Origin: Candidatus Bathyarchaeota archaeon | GTDB taxonomy: Archaea > Thermoproteota > Bathyarchaeia > Bathyarchaeales > Bathycorpusculaceae | DNA: 64,000 bases | Reading direction: 5' to 3' | Assembly: GCA_963777155.1 (NCBI GenBank) | Contig: CAVZPM010000001.1 | Span: 64,001-128,000, forward strand | Shown: positions 27,901 through 38,212 of the stretch, piece after piece | Layout: each line of letters begins with the position of its first letter | Numbering within the stretch: the stretch's first letter is position 1 | Notes under the pieces: model-generated | What the model was told of the DNA's origin: nothing | What the model saw: the letters and a program-made list of their open reading frames with translations, nothing else | Databases searched by the model: none | Translations under genes and position numbers: made by a program

Positions 27901-28871
27901 TTAGAGACAGCAAGTTACAACATGAAATAAATCCAGACCAAACCGCATCTCCTGCAGAGTCTCCCAAAGCTCGAACTTGTCCTGAATGCGGAAGCACCCG
28001 AATAATGCATGATTCTGAAGCTGCAGAAATAGTATGTATGGACTGCGGTTTTGTTGTTCAACAGAAAATTGCTGATCGTGGACCAGAATGGCGCGCTTTC
28101 GATGATGAACAACGATCTAAGAGAACCCGTGTTGGGGCACCCCTAACATACACTATTCACGATAAAGGCTTGTCAACCACAATTGATTGGCATGACCGAG
28201 ACATATACGGCAAAAGCCTCTCGCCAGGCCAGAAAGCACAGGTTTATCGCCTCAGGAAGTGGCAGCGTCGCATAAGAGTTTCAGACGCAACTGAACGAAA
28301 TTTGGCTTTTGCACTCTCTGAAATAACAAAGATTTCCAATAACCTAAACCTTCCAAAGAATATTCTTGAAACAGCCTCAGTTATTTACCGCAAAGCAGTA
28401 AAAGAACGTCTTATTCGCGGCAGATCAATTCAAGGTGTTACCTCGGCAGCTATCTATTTGGCATGCAGGCAATGCGGTTTGCCTCGAACCTTGGATGAAA
28501 TCTCTCAGGCTTCAACAGTTAATAAGAAAGAAGTTGGGCGAAGCTACCGCTTCCTAATCAGAGAACTAAACTATTCAATCCCTCCACTACGTCCAAGCCA
28601 ATACATAACAAAGTTTTCCAACCAACTCACAATGCAGGGAAAAGTGGAGGAAATCGCTCACAAAATCCTAGCTTCAGCCAAGGAACTCAAACTTACTTCA
28701 GGCAGAGGCCCAACAGGTATTGCAGCCGCAGCAAGTTACGTAGCATCCGTGTTGACTGGTGAACGTAAGACGCAAAGAGAAATCGCCGAGATTGCACAGG
28801 TAACTGAGGTTACTATCCGCAACAGGTACAAAGAACTTGTTGAGCGTATGATGTTCCAAATAAGCATCTAA
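27897..28871 (+). CDS. tfb: Transcription initiation factor IIB
   Basis: CPECG...CMDCG zinc ribbon, GPEWRAF, two cyclin repeats, [13 protein letters not shown]. Confidence 0.98.
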   Translation: MIRDSKLQHEINPDQTASPAESPKARTCPECGSTRIMHDSEAAEIVCMDCGFVVQQKIADRGPEWRAFDDEQRSKRTRVGAPLTYTIHDKGLSTTIDWHDRDIYGKSLSPGQKAQVYRLRKWQRRIRVSDATERNLAFALSEITKISNNLNLPKNILETASVIYRKAVKERLIRGRSIQGVTSAAIYLACRQCGLPRTLDEISQASTVNKKEVGRSYRFLIRELNYSIPPLRPSQYITKFSNQLTMQGKVEEIAHKILASAKELKLTSGRGPTGIAAAASYVASVLTGERKTQREIAEIAQVTEVTIRNRYKELVERMMFQISI

Positions 28872-28907
28872 ACCTCACCTTCTTTTTCACTTTTTAGGGC
28901 TCTAAAA

Positions 28908-29195
28908 ATGAATAATTCTGACACACTTTTTGAAAAGCCAAAGTTGCAGGAGTTAGTTGATAAACTTGAAGAAATCCAGTTGGGTTTTAGACAAAACCTT
29001 AGTAATCTACATCAGAAGCTTGAGCTACTTGATTCTAGGACTGATCTCCAGAATAACCTTGATATTTTGAGGAAAGATGCTCTGACAAGAGTCAGCGACC
29101 TTGAGGTTGAAGTTAAACGGCTTCGTGAAGATCTTGAGTCCGTTCGTGAGCTTTTAGGTTTAAATCTGGATAAATGCAATTCGGTAAAAAGTTGA
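28908..29195 (+). CDS. Coiled-coil hypothetical protein
   Basis: Leucine heptad pattern over ~80 aa. Confidence 0.6.
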   Translation: MNNSDTLFEKPKLQELVDKLEEIQLGFRQNLSNLHQKLELLDSRTDLQNNLDILRKDALTRVSDLEVEVKRLREDLESVRELLGLNLDKCNSVKS

Positions 29196-29243
29196 CTGTG
29201 GATAAGCAATTTTTTTAAGTGCGCACGTTGCTAATGCTAAGTT

Positions 29244-29858
29244 ATGCCCTATAAATTCACATTCGATCTATCCAAGGTCCCGCGGTTTTTCTTCACAGAA
29301 ATCGCCTTGATTAGTTACCAGAAGGGCATGCACAAAGGCTTCCTGAACACACTCAACGAACTGATCCTAAAGTTTAAAATTCAAGAAGCAACTGGACTCA
29401 ACCTCTCAGACGCCGTTGCTTTGCTTCAGGACCTAATCGATTTACAAGCCATTAACTGTACGCAGAGAGGTAAATTTTTGCAGACCAAGAAGAGAGCAAT
29501 CTTCCTGCCGCATTGTTCCCGAAAATATATGGATAACCGTTGCAAAGCATCATTTGACTCGGATATTCCTAGCTATATATGCGCGCATTGTTCGGATGAT
29601 TGCATGGTGAACAAGGCAGACCAGTTTGCCAAAAAGAAGGGGTATGATGTTTACTTATTGCCTGGGGGCTCGTGCATTCCGAAGATCCTTAAAAGTCGTC
29701 ACTATGAAGGCATCGTGGGGGTTGCATGTGGTGAAGAAATGAAAATTATGGCGCCACTTCTCAACGGCATGAGCGTTAGTGGACAAGGCATACCTTTGAT
29801 TAAGAACGGTTGCGCCAGCACTGTTTTTAACATGGAAACGCTCCGAAAGGTTCTCTGA
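29244..29858 (+). CDS. DUF116 domain protein
   Basis: FLPHC.R...C, CAHC..DC, PGGS, VGVAC. Confidence 0.85.
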   Translation: MPYKFTFDLSKVPRFFFTEIALISYQKGMHKGFLNTLNELILKFKIQEATGLNLSDAVALLQDLIDLQAINCTQRGKFLQTKKRAIFLPHCSRKYMDNRCKASFDSDIPSYICAHCSDDCMVNKADQFAKKKGYDVYLLPGGSCIPKILKSRHYEGIVGVACGEEMKIMAPLLNGMSVSGQGIPLIKNGCASTVFNMETLRKVL

Positions 29859-30044
29859 GTAATCACTAATTGCTTGATCCGTAAGTTTAGCTACTTTCGA
29901 AGCGCATAATTCCAACCCAATAAATTGAATGCTTGTAAGGTGTTCAATCCTGTTAATCGATGGATTTTCTTCAGGATGATAGGTTAAAAATAGAACCTGA
30001 TATGATCTGCTTTTTCTGCAAATAAATAAAAGAAAAGTAAATTA

Positions 30045-30206
30045 TTACTTTACTATTTCCCGTTTCTTCCAGCGCAGGTTTTTGCCCTTGCACTTTCTGC
30101 ATTTTAGCGCTGTTGCAGCGTTGCGTGAGCCACAGTCTCGGCAGATTTTCATGTACAACCGGTGCTGCTGCGCGATGGCTTTCTTTACTGGGTCTAATAT
30201 TGGCAT
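30045..30206 (-). CDS. rpl40e: 50S ribosomal protein L40e (below ORF-track cutoff)
   Basis: MPILDPVKKAIAQQHRLYMKICRDCGSRNAATALKCRKCKGKNLRWKKREIVK. Confidence 0.95.
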   Translation of the reverse strand: MPILDPVKKAIAQQHRLYMKICRDCGSRNAATALKCRKCKGKNLRWKKREIVK

Positions 30207-30273
30207 TTTAATTGAACCTTCCGTTTAGGCTTACTCTTTGATGTTTAAGTATCAAATATACCTTTTGTCTAAC

Positions 30274-30741
30274 CTATTTGATTACTTCAATGGTAACATA
30301 AGAGCGAGTATCCTCAATGCCATCAATGCTGTAGAGTTTCTTTAAGATTTCATCGAGGTTTTCACGTTCGACAATAATCAAAGCATCCACTTCGCCTGCA
30401 ATGCGAAATGCCCGGGAGACTGCCAGTTCATGGATTTGCTCGTAAACATGGATGCGTTTGATGGGTGAAATTTTGAGGAGGATGAAAGCTGGTGTAGTAG
30501 ATACTCCCAGAGCACTCAACCCTTTCTCGGTGACATCGATGAAGCCTCGTCCAGTGCGTATGTAACCGCGGTTCTTTAATTTTCGTAAATGTACGTTTAA
30601 TGCTTGTCTACTTACTCCAAGTTGGTTTGACAACTCATCTTGTTTAACCCTCAATGTGTAGGTGTTTGTAGATTTACCTTTTTCGTAGAGGGTTTTTAGC
30701 AGTTGAATTGAACGTTTAGTTAATGGTTCCAATTTGGTCAC
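30274..30741 (-). CDS. Lrp/AsnC-type transcriptional regulator (wHTH + RAM domain)
   Basis: QDELSNQLGVSRQALNVHLRKL HTH; RIAGEVD...IDGIEDTRS. Confidence 0.85.
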   Translation of the reverse strand: MTKLEPLTKRSIQLLKTLYEKGKSTNTYTLRVKQDELSNQLGVSRQALNVHLRKLKNRGYIRTGRGFIDVTEKGLSALGVSTTPAFILLKISPIKRIHVYEQIHELAVSRAFRIAGEVDALIIVERENLDEILKKLYSIDGIEDTRSYVTIEVIK

Positions 30742-30963
30742 TTTTGTGTTGTTTTGTTAAGTTAAACCTTTACAATAGTTGCATACTTCCTTAATAAATT
30801 GTCTGTTAAAAAAAGAGCCTGATTTTTCCTCAGTACATAGAATTGACTAAAAATAAACCAATTTTCAAAAACAAAAACGCAAACCGACACACCACAATGT
30901 ATTTATTTTGAAAAAAAGCTTAAGTCAAGCCACTTAAAAGTAAACTAGGAGTGAAGCGGAACC

Positions 30964-31260
30964 GTGACAGAAAGCGCCAGTGCGGTCTTAATCGGCAAGA
31001 AACCGATAATGAACTATGTCCTCGCTTGTATCACCTTCTTCCACGGCGGAGCAAAAGAAGTCAGCATAAAAGCACGCGGCAGGTCCATCAGCCGAGCCAT
31101 CGACGTCGCTGAAGTTGTTAGGCACAGATTCCTGCCAGATGCTAAAATAAAAAGCATAAGCATCGGAACGGATCAGTTCTTACCTCAAGATCAAGAAGAC
31201 GGCAACACGGCAACCAATGTTAGCACGATAGAAATAACGCTGATAAGACAGTCACGATAA
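30964..31260 (+). CDS. albA: Chromatin protein Alba
   Basis: [35 protein letters not shown]. Confidence 0.96.
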   Translation: MTESASAVLIGKKPIMNYVLACITFFHGGAKEVSIKARGRSISRAIDVAEVVRHRFLPDAKIKSISIGTDQFLPQDQEDGNTATNVSTIEITLIRQSR

Positions 31261-31295
31261 GCTAAACTCCTTCTTTGCAGGAAAAAAGACACCAA

Positions 31296-31805
31296 ATGAA
31301 AACAGAACTATGCAGTTTCTGCCTAAAAAGTGGCATACTATGCCAAAAATGTTCAGCCAAAGTCAAAGCTGGCGAAATCAGCGATATCGACCTGAAAGTA
31401 GCTCGCATACTGCTCTCGATGGAAGAAAAGTACCCTTCCCTGCAAAACGTCTGCTTCTACAAGGCAGTTGAGGTTGAAAAGACCTTAGCCATCCTCGTTG
31501 GACATGGAGATGTCCCTAAACTTTTAGGTTACGGCGGCAAAATCGTCAAAACCCTCGGCGACGAAACAGGCAAAAACGTCCGAGTCTTAGAGCACGGTGT
31601 TGACGACCGCAAATTCCTCGAAGACCTCTTTGTACCCTTCAGCATCTTAACCATCAACACCATCTGGATTCCAGACGGAACCACCGAGACACGGGTAATT
31701 CTTAAGAGGAAACGTGGCGCGCAGCTACCCTTTGACCTTAAAGCTTTGAAGGAAATTGCCAGTAAAGTACGTAAAATGTCCTTACGCGTTGAGATTGCAG
31801 ATTAA
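31296..31805 (+). CDS. NusA-like KH-domain protein with N-terminal Cys cluster (archaeal NusA2)
   Basis: CSFCLKSGILCQKC, LLGYGGKIVK; ATG at 31296. Confidence 0.8.
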   Translation: MKTELCSFCLKSGILCQKCSAKVKAGEISDIDLKVARILLSMEEKYPSLQNVCFYKAVEVEKTLAILVGHGDVPKLLGYGGKIVKTLGDETGKNVRVLEHGVDDRKFLEDLFVPFSILTINTIWIPDGTTETRVILKRKRGAQLPFDLKALKEIASKVRKMSLRVEIAD

Positions 31806-31807
31806 GG

Positions 31808-33139
31808 TTGACAAGCAGCATGAACTTGGACTCTATCGGCGACTGGGTTAGAACGCACTATACTAGCCAAATATCACCAGAAATAGATGGTCAAGAGGTT
31901 ACTCTTTTTGGGTGGGTCCAAGATATCCGTGACCTTGGCGGGATTCGCTTTATTATTCTACAGGATCACGAAGGAACAATCCAACTCACAATTCCTAAAA
32001 AGAGAATTCATCCTGAAGTCTTGGCAAAATCCGACCTTCTACAAAAAAGGTTCAGCTTTGGTATCAAGGGAAACGTTAAAAAAACGAACATGACACCCAG
32101 AGGAATTGAAGTTATCCCCAGCTCCATCAAGATATTCAATATAGCCACCGAACAGTTACCCATAGACATAACTGGCAAAACTCCAGCCCTCATAGAAGCA
32201 AGACTGGATGCAAGACCCTTGGACTTAGCCCAAGAAAAAAACATAGCAACATTCAAAGTTCAGCATACAGCGCTCGAAGCCATACGTAGCTTCTTGTTTG
32301 AAAGAAAGTTCTTGGAAGTTCATACACCAAGAATAATCGCTTCTGCAACGGAGGGTGGAGCAGAATTGTTCAGCGTGGACTATTTCGGGCAAAAAGCCTA
32401 CCTTGCACAATCTCCCCAGCTATACAAAGAAGAGTTGACGCTAAGTTTTGAGAAAGTGTTTGAGGTTGGACCGTTTTTCCGCGCTGAAGAGTCACACACT
32501 AGAAGACACCTAAGCGAGTTCACCTCAGTTGACATTGAGGCTGCTTTCGCAAACGCCACCGACGTTATGGTTTTGTTAGAACAAGTCATTCACCATGCAA
32601 GCATGGTTGTTCAAGAGAAATGTGCAACTGAGCTTGCGGTGCTTGGATACAAGTTTGAAGTACCCCAAATTCCCTTCAAACGTTTAACTTACGATCAAGT
32701 TTTAGACGACCTTAAAGCACAAGGTGTAACGATTCCTTGGGGCGAAGACATTCCGACCGAAGCCTTCAGAGTTCTAGGGGAGCTTTATCCATTCTTTTAC
32801 TTCATAACAGATTGGCCTACACATGCCAAAGCTTTCTACATTAAACCTCGCGAAGACAAACCAGAAATATGTGAGGGTTTCGATCTGATGTGGCGCTACA
32901 TCGAATTGGTTTCAGGAGGAACAAGAATCGCCCAAAAAGATCAGCTGATTCAGAGGCTAGCCGAGAAGGGTCTAAATCCTGAATCGTTCAAGTGTCACCT
33001 GCAAGCCTACGACTATGGAATGCCACCACATGCAGGGTGGGGATTGGGACTTGAGAGGTTAACAATGATCTTAACTGGAAACAAAAACATCCGAGAAGTC
33101 ACCCTTTATCCTCGAGACAGAGTAAGGTTAACACCATAA
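31808..33139 (+). CDS. aspS: Aspartate--tRNA(Asp/Asn) ligase, archaeal, probably non-discriminating
   Basis: ATEGGA, LAQSPQLYK, FRAE, GMPPHAGWGLGLERL; Pro in the L1 loop (TPRGIEV). Confidence 0.95.
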   Translation: MTSSMNLDSIGDWVRTHYTSQISPEIDGQEVTLFGWVQDIRDLGGIRFIILQDHEGTIQLTIPKKRIHPEVLAKSDLLQKRFSFGIKGNVKKTNMTPRGIEVIPSSIKIFNIATEQLPIDITGKTPALIEARLDARPLDLAQEKNIATFKVQHTALEAIRSFLFERKFLEVHTPRIIASATEGGAELFSVDYFGQKAYLAQSPQLYKEELTLSFEKVFEVGPFFRAEESHTRRHLSEFTSVDIEAAFANATDVMVLLEQVIHHASMVVQEKCATELAVLGYKFEVPQIPFKRLTYDQVLDDLKAQGVTIPWGEDIPTEAFRVLGELYPFFYFITDWPTHAKAFYIKPREDKPEICEGFDLMWRYIELVSGGTRIAQKDQLIQRLAEKGLNPESFKCHLQAYDYGMPPHAGWGLGLERLTMILTGNKNIREVTLYPRDRVRLTP

Positions 33140-33242
33140 CTATATTCTGTGGATCCCCAGCAAAGTGCTATTTTTCAACACGATTATGAGGTAATAAATT
33201 CTGCAATATTCTTTTATGTTCCTTAAAGACTAAGTTTACTTT

Positions 33243-33647
33243 ATGCATGAATGGGCATTAGCTGAAGCAATCCTGAAATCTGCAGAACAAGTCGTTGAGA
33301 AGGAAAACCTAAAGAAAATTACGGAGGTTACCATTAAAGTCGGTGAACTTCAACAGGTTGAAACCCCGATTCTACGTTTTGCTCTAAACCAACTTAAACC
33401 TGATTTCTTTAAAAAAGCAAAATTTCGTATTCTAAAAGCGAAATCAACACTCAAGTGTAGGGTTTGCAGTACTACATGGATGTTTAGTTTTAGAAAACTC
33501 GATAAAACAGCTGCTGAAGCAATCCATTTCGTTCCTGAGGTTGCTCATACTTACGTTAAGTGTCCAAAATGTGGCAGTCCTGACTTCGAAATTGTCAGTG
33601 GGCGCGGCGTTTGGCTGGAAAACATCCAAGGAGTAAAATCTAAGTGA
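33243..33647 (+). CDS. hypA: Hydrogenase nickel incorporation protein HypA
   Basis: MHE, CRVC, AIHFVPEV, CPKCGS. Confidence 0.95.
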   Translation: MHEWALAEAILKSAEQVVEKENLKKITEVTIKVGELQQVETPILRFALNQLKPDFFKKAKFRILKAKSTLKCRVCSTTWMFSFRKLDKTAAEAIHFVPEVAHTYVKCPKCGSPDFEIVSGRGVWLENIQGVKSK

Positions 33648-34408
33648 TTGATCCACGGACAAGCGTAATTACAGAGCGTTTGGCGGATATTGGGCGGATT
33701 GTGGCTGTTTCCAGCGGCAAGGGAGGTGTCGGAAAAAGTATGGTGGCAACTGCATTGGCGCTTTCTCTTGCTAGGGAGGGTTGTCGGGTGGGTTTGTTTG
33801 ATTTAGATTTTACGGGTCCATCAACCCATATTATCTTGGGCACGCCATCAAATTTGCAACCAAAAGAAGAGAAGGGTATAGTTCCGCCTAATTTTGAGGG
33901 GTTATCATACATGTCACTGGTTTATTATGTTGGAGACAACCCTGCACCGTTGCGAGGAGTTGACATTTCAAACGCGCTCATAGAATTGTTGTCGGTCACC
34001 CAGTGGGGGACTCTCGATTTTTTGGTTATCGATATGCCTCCTGGGATTGGCGACGCGGTGTTAGATTTACTTCGGCTGGTTAAACGTATAGAGTTCTTAA
34101 TCATCACAACACCATCACTTTTAGCGTTTGAAGTCGTTAAAAAACAGGTATTATTGCTGTGTGAACTCAATATGCCCATTGTCGGGATCGTGGAGAACAT
34201 GAAGATGGACAAAGCAAACGTCGTGGAGTTGGCAACGCAAAAGTTAGGGCTGAGGTATCTAGGCTCAATCCCCTATGACTCAACGGTTGAAACTGCAATT
34301 GGTAGACCACAAAAACTGTTAGAAACTGCAATTGGCAAAACAATGGATCAAATTAAGAAAGCTGCGGCTGGACAAAGAGGGAAACTCAAATGTCCTGCAA
34401 AGCAGTAA
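33644..34408 (+). CDS. Mrp/NBP35-family ATPase, probable Thermococcales-type ATP-dependent HypB
   Basis: MIDPR N-terminus, SGKGGVGKS, DMPPG, ENM; no CxxC cluster motif; overlaps hypA. Confidence 0.8.
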   Translation: MIDPRTSVITERLADIGRIVAVSSGKGGVGKSMVATALALSLAREGCRVGLFDLDFTGPSTHIILGTPSNLQPKEEKGIVPPNFEGLSYMSLVYYVGDNPAPLRGVDISNALIELLSVTQWGTLDFLVIDMPPGIGDAVLDLLRLVKRIEFLIITTPSLLAFEVVKKQVLLLCELNMPIVGIVENMKMDKANVVELATQKLGLRYLGSIPYDSTVETAIGRPQKLLETAIGKTMDQIKKAAAGQRGKLKCPAKQ

Positions 34409-35124
34409 TCTTCGATTATATCGGAACCTTAGTCAACTGTAGAGATTACACTTTGGAAGCTTCAAAGCAAAAACTTTACAATGCGTTGGTTGCTGAAGGC
34501 TTTACCTCTTCTGAGCGTAATTTTTTGGATGCTTACAACTTGTCCCATGAGAAATACCGTAAAATACGCTATGAAGAGCTAAGGGAAGTAACAAATGCGG
34601 TTTGGGTCGCCGAAACCCTATGTCGTTTGGGCTTTGAGGTTAAGTCTGAGGATGCTCGAGTCAAAGCTGCGTTGAACGTTTTTTTCCAAGACTTCATAGA
34701 TACCCTTACGCTAAGAGAAGGCGCAAGAGAATTGGTAAAACAAGCCAGAGAGCAGTGTAAGGTGGCGTTAATCTCCAATTTCACTTATGCGCCTGTTATA
34801 TACAAAAGCCTTAGAAAGGTCGGGTTAAGTGAGTTCTTCAATGTGGTTGTGGTTTCTGAGGAAGTGGGCTGGCGGAAACCAAGTTCTCAAATATTCGAGT
34901 ATGCCCTAAACAAACTGCAGATTCAAGCTAGCGGAACAGTCTACATCGGTGACAGCCCAAACGAAGATATCAGAGGCGCCAAACAAGTAGGATTAAAAAC
35001 CGTCTTTGTCTCTTCACAATTCAACACCCTAAAAGACCTAAAAGAAAGCAAACAAGAGCCCGATCACATAACCGAAGATCTAATTTCACTCTACCAGAGT
35101 TTAAATCAAATTCTTTCCCTCTAG
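34390..35124 (+). CDS. HAD-family hydrolase
   Basis: FDYIGTL, ISN, RKP, IGDS..EDI.GA. Confidence 0.9.
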   Translation: MSCKAVIFDYIGTLVNCRDYTLEASKQKLYNALVAEGFTSSERNFLDAYNLSHEKYRKIRYEELREVTNAVWVAETLCRLGFEVKSEDARVKAALNVFFQDFIDTLTLREGARELVKQAREQCKVALISNFTYAPVIYKSLRKVGLSEFFNVVVVSEEVGWRKPSSQIFEYALNKLQIQASGTVYIGDSPNEDIRGAKQVGLKTVFVSSQFNTLKDLKESKQEPDHITEDLISLYQSLNQILSL

Positions 35125-35255
35125 GCCTTGAGCTTCGAGATACCTCAATTTATTGAAGCGGTCTAGCCCTCACAAATAGTTTTATACGCCTTAAGCGCAA
35201 AGAATCACCGATGCGGAAGAGAGAAAAATGATAAAAAGAAAATAAAGGAAAAAAA

Positions 35256-36489
35256 TTAGATTTTTTTGGTTTGAACAGCATTCTCCAATGCAACAACACC
35301 AGGAAGCCTCTTACCCATTAAAAACTCAATAAGTGCTCCGCCAGCCGTGCTGATATAGCCGATTTTTTTGGTCAAACCATACTCGTTGATGGCTGCGATG
35401 GTGTTTCCGCCGCCTGCAAGGCTGAATGCTTTGCTGTTTGCTATGGCTTCGAAGACTTTTTTGGTGCCATAGTTGAACTCTTTATTTTCGTAGACTCCCA
35501 TTGGTCCGCTGACTACGATGGATTTAGCGCCTGAGATAATTTTCGCGTAGCACTCCACTGTTTTTATGCCCAAGTCAAAGATTGAGTATTCAGTCGGCAA
35601 CTTGTTTATGCCGATTTCTTTGCGTTTACCATTCACTTCTATGGCAACATCGATTGGCACAACCACTTTGTCGCCGTACTGCTCTATTAGTTCTTTTATG
35701 CCTGGAATTAAGCCTGTTAACATCTTTCTTTGCCAGAAAAGCCATGTTACCTTTGCCAAGGTCAACGTCCTTCGCTGCAAGAAACAACTGTGAAGTCACT
35801 CCGCCAACCAATACATAGTCTGCTATACCGTTGCCCAACACGTACTTGCTAATTTCAAGCGAATCGTCAGCTTTTGCTCCACCCATAACGTAAACGCAGG
35901 GTTTCTCAGGCTTTTCCAATGCCTTGCTAAGGGATTTTAGTTCACGTTCCATGATGCGTCCAGCGGCAGATGGCAAAACAGCGGTAAAGCCAACCATGCT
36001 GGCGTGTCCACGGTGCGCTGCGGCAAAAGCGTCGTTAACGAAAAAATCTGCGAGCGGCGCAAGATTCTGCACAAGCTCCGTTTTGCTGGCATCCTCGGGC
36101 GTTGCGCTTTTTGTTTCTTTATCCCAACTACGTACGTTCTCCAAAACTAGGATTTCGCCACCTTTGAGGTTTTTAATGGCGTCTTTGGCTTTGTCGCCGA
36201 AGACGTCGTCAACGTATTTTACTGGGCATTTGAGTATTTTCCCAAGAATTTCTGCGTGCTCTTTTAGGGGGGTGTAGTCTGGGTCTCCTTTTCTGCCTTG
36301 ATGCGCGAGGACAACGGTTTTAGCTCCTTTCTCAGCGAGTTCTTTAAGGGTTGATTCGGCGTGGGCTTTTATGCGTACGTCGCTTGTGACCTTCTTGGTG
36401 GCCGGGTCGATTTCTGAGTTAAAGTCAACTCTAACAAGGACTACTTTGTTTTTTACTTTAAAATCGTCTAATGTCTTGTACTTTGCCAT
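35256..36489 (-). pseudogene. pgk: Phosphoglycerate kinase, frameshifted (+1) near 35722; may be a sequence error
   Basis: RVDFN, LENVR, NDAFAAAHR, GGAK in one frame; GPMGVYE, GGG, STAGGA in another; deleting the base at ~35722 gives FLAKKELTGLIPG. Confidence 0.9.
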
Positions 36490-36556
36490 GTTAGTTCACT
36501 TCTGTTAGTTTTTAAAAAAGGAAAAGAAAGGAAGATTTAGCTTGTTTGCTGCTGTT

Positions 36557-37579
36557 TTAGAGGTTGGCTTTGTTGCCGATCATTTCGATGAAGTCAACCA
36601 TGCGGTTGCTGAAGCCCCATTCGTTGTCGTACCATGCGAAGATCTTAACGAAGTTGCTCTTCTCACCTAACACCATGGTTAAATCTGCATCGAAAACGCT
36701 GCTGTAGGTGCTGTGAAGTACATCGGTGCTAACGATTGGGTCTTCAGTGTACTGCAAGATGCCTTTAAGTTCGCCTTCTGCAGCTTTCTTCATGGCTGCG
36801 TTGATTTCAGCTTTTGTCGTTTCTTTGCCTAGAACTGCAACCAAGTCAATAATGGATACGTCTGGGGTTGGGACACGCAAAGAATAGCCGTTCATTTTTC
36901 CAGCGCAATTTGGCAAAACTAAGCCGATTGCTTTTGCTGCTCCAGTGCTGGTTGGAATGATGTTGATTGCTGCAGCTCTTGCACGTCTTGGGTCTTTGTG
37001 AACTATGTCTTGGATTTTCTGGTCGTTTGTGTAGCTGTGGCATGTTGTCATGAAGGCTTTCTCTAAGCCAAAGTTGTCGGCTAAAACTTTGCTTATTGGA
37101 GCTAAACCATTTGTGGTGCAGCTCGCATTTGAGACGATGTTGTGTTTTTCGTGGTCGTACGTTTCGTCGTTTATGCCTAAGACAAAGGTTGCATCTGGGT
37201 TTTCTGCTGGGGCTGAGATGAGGACTTTTTTTGCTCCTGCGGTAAGATGTTTCGTTGCGCCTTCACGGCTAGTGAATAAGCCTGTTGATTCAACAGCTAA
37301 GTAAACTCCCAAGTCTTTCCACGGTAGTTGTAATGGGTCTTTAACGCTGAGGCATTTCAGTTCTTTTCCGTTGACAACCAGGTCGTTTCCCTTTACTTCA
37401 ACGGTGCCTGGAAAACGTCCGTGCACTGAATCGTACTTGAGCAAATGAGCGTTAGTTTTTGCATCTGCCAAGTCGTTGATGGCTACAAAATCGATTTTTG
37501 CGTTCTTTTCTATGGCTGCTCGGTAGAGAAGTCTACCAATTCTTCCAAAACCATTGATTCCGACTTTAATATTCGCCAT
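36557..37579 (-). CDS. gap: Type I (bacterial/eukaryal class) glyceraldehyde-3-phosphate dehydrogenase
   Basis: [39 protein letters not shown]. Confidence 0.97.
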   Translation of the reverse strand: MANIKVGINGFGRIGRLLYRAAIEKNAKIDFVAINDLADAKTNAHLLKYDSVHGRFPGTVEVKGNDLVVNGKELKCLSVKDPLQLPWKDLGVYLAVESTGLFTSREGATKHLTAGAKKVLISAPAENPDATFVLGINDETYDHEKHNIVSNASCTTNGLAPISKVLADNFGLEKAFMTTCHSYTNDQKIQDIVHKDPRRARAAAINIIPTSTGAAKAIGLVLPNCAGKMNGYSLRVPTPDVSIIDLVAVLGKETTKAEINAAMKKAAEGELKGILQYTEDPIVSTDVLHSTYSSVFDADLTMVLGEKSNFVKIFAWYDNEWGFSNRMVDFIEMIGNKANL

Positions 37580-37739
37580 AACAATTCACCTTTACATGTA
37601 AAACTGTAACAAGCGAATCTAACTTTATTAATTTTCCGACTAAGAAGACTGGCGCGACAGGCGCAAACCCAGCGGCTAAGGAGGAACCATTGCTCCTTGT
37701 AGGACAAACCAGGTTCTGACCTAGAATAGTTAAAGATGA

Positions 37740-38144
37740 TTAGTAAAGGCCGCCTTCCTTAAAGTAATGGTACTCTTCTTTCTTGGGACCGAAGCTTCGC
37801 ACGCCATCCCTTCCGAGCTGACACCGTAGTTGCTTAGCGTTGTCTTTGGTTATTTCGCCCTTCTTTTCCAAGTAAGTGATAATTTCCTCTGCTTGCGCTT
37901 CTGTATCGCAGCGGCGAATAAAATCTACAGCTGAAGGGTTGAAATGGCGTAACTTATCAGATGTCTCATGGCAAGACTCTGACTCTTCTTGGGTACAGAC
38001 TTCACATTCCTCGCCAGCGGCAGCTTCTTCAGCTTCCAACGGGTTTTTCCGTACACTGTTGATTGGAATTTTGACTTCTCCTGCTTCAAGTTCCTCGTAA
38101 AGGTGTGGGAAGATTTTTTTGATGGATTTTTTATCTATTGCCAT
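37740..38144 (-). CDS. DUF2095 family protein
   Basis: FPHLYEEL, PSAVDFIRRCDTE.QAEEII.YL...GEI, GVRSFG.KKE. Confidence 0.85.
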   Translation of the reverse strand: MAIDKKSIKKIFPHLYEELEAGEVKIPINSVRKNPLEAEEAAAGEECEVCTQEESESCHETSDKLRHFNPSAVDFIRRCDTEAQAEEIITYLEKKGEITKDNAKQLRCQLGRDGVRSFGPKKEEYHYFKEGGLY

Positions 38145-38212
38145 ACTACATCAGTTTTACAAAAATAATATCTGAACTTTCCCATTTATTTTCTTTTTTG
38201 AAAAATAACCAG

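Noticed and set aside
29972-30000. ATGATA...CTGA hairpin as a C/D box sRNA or K-turn
   Set aside because: The C box is imperfect, there are no C'/D' boxes, and the element is too short.
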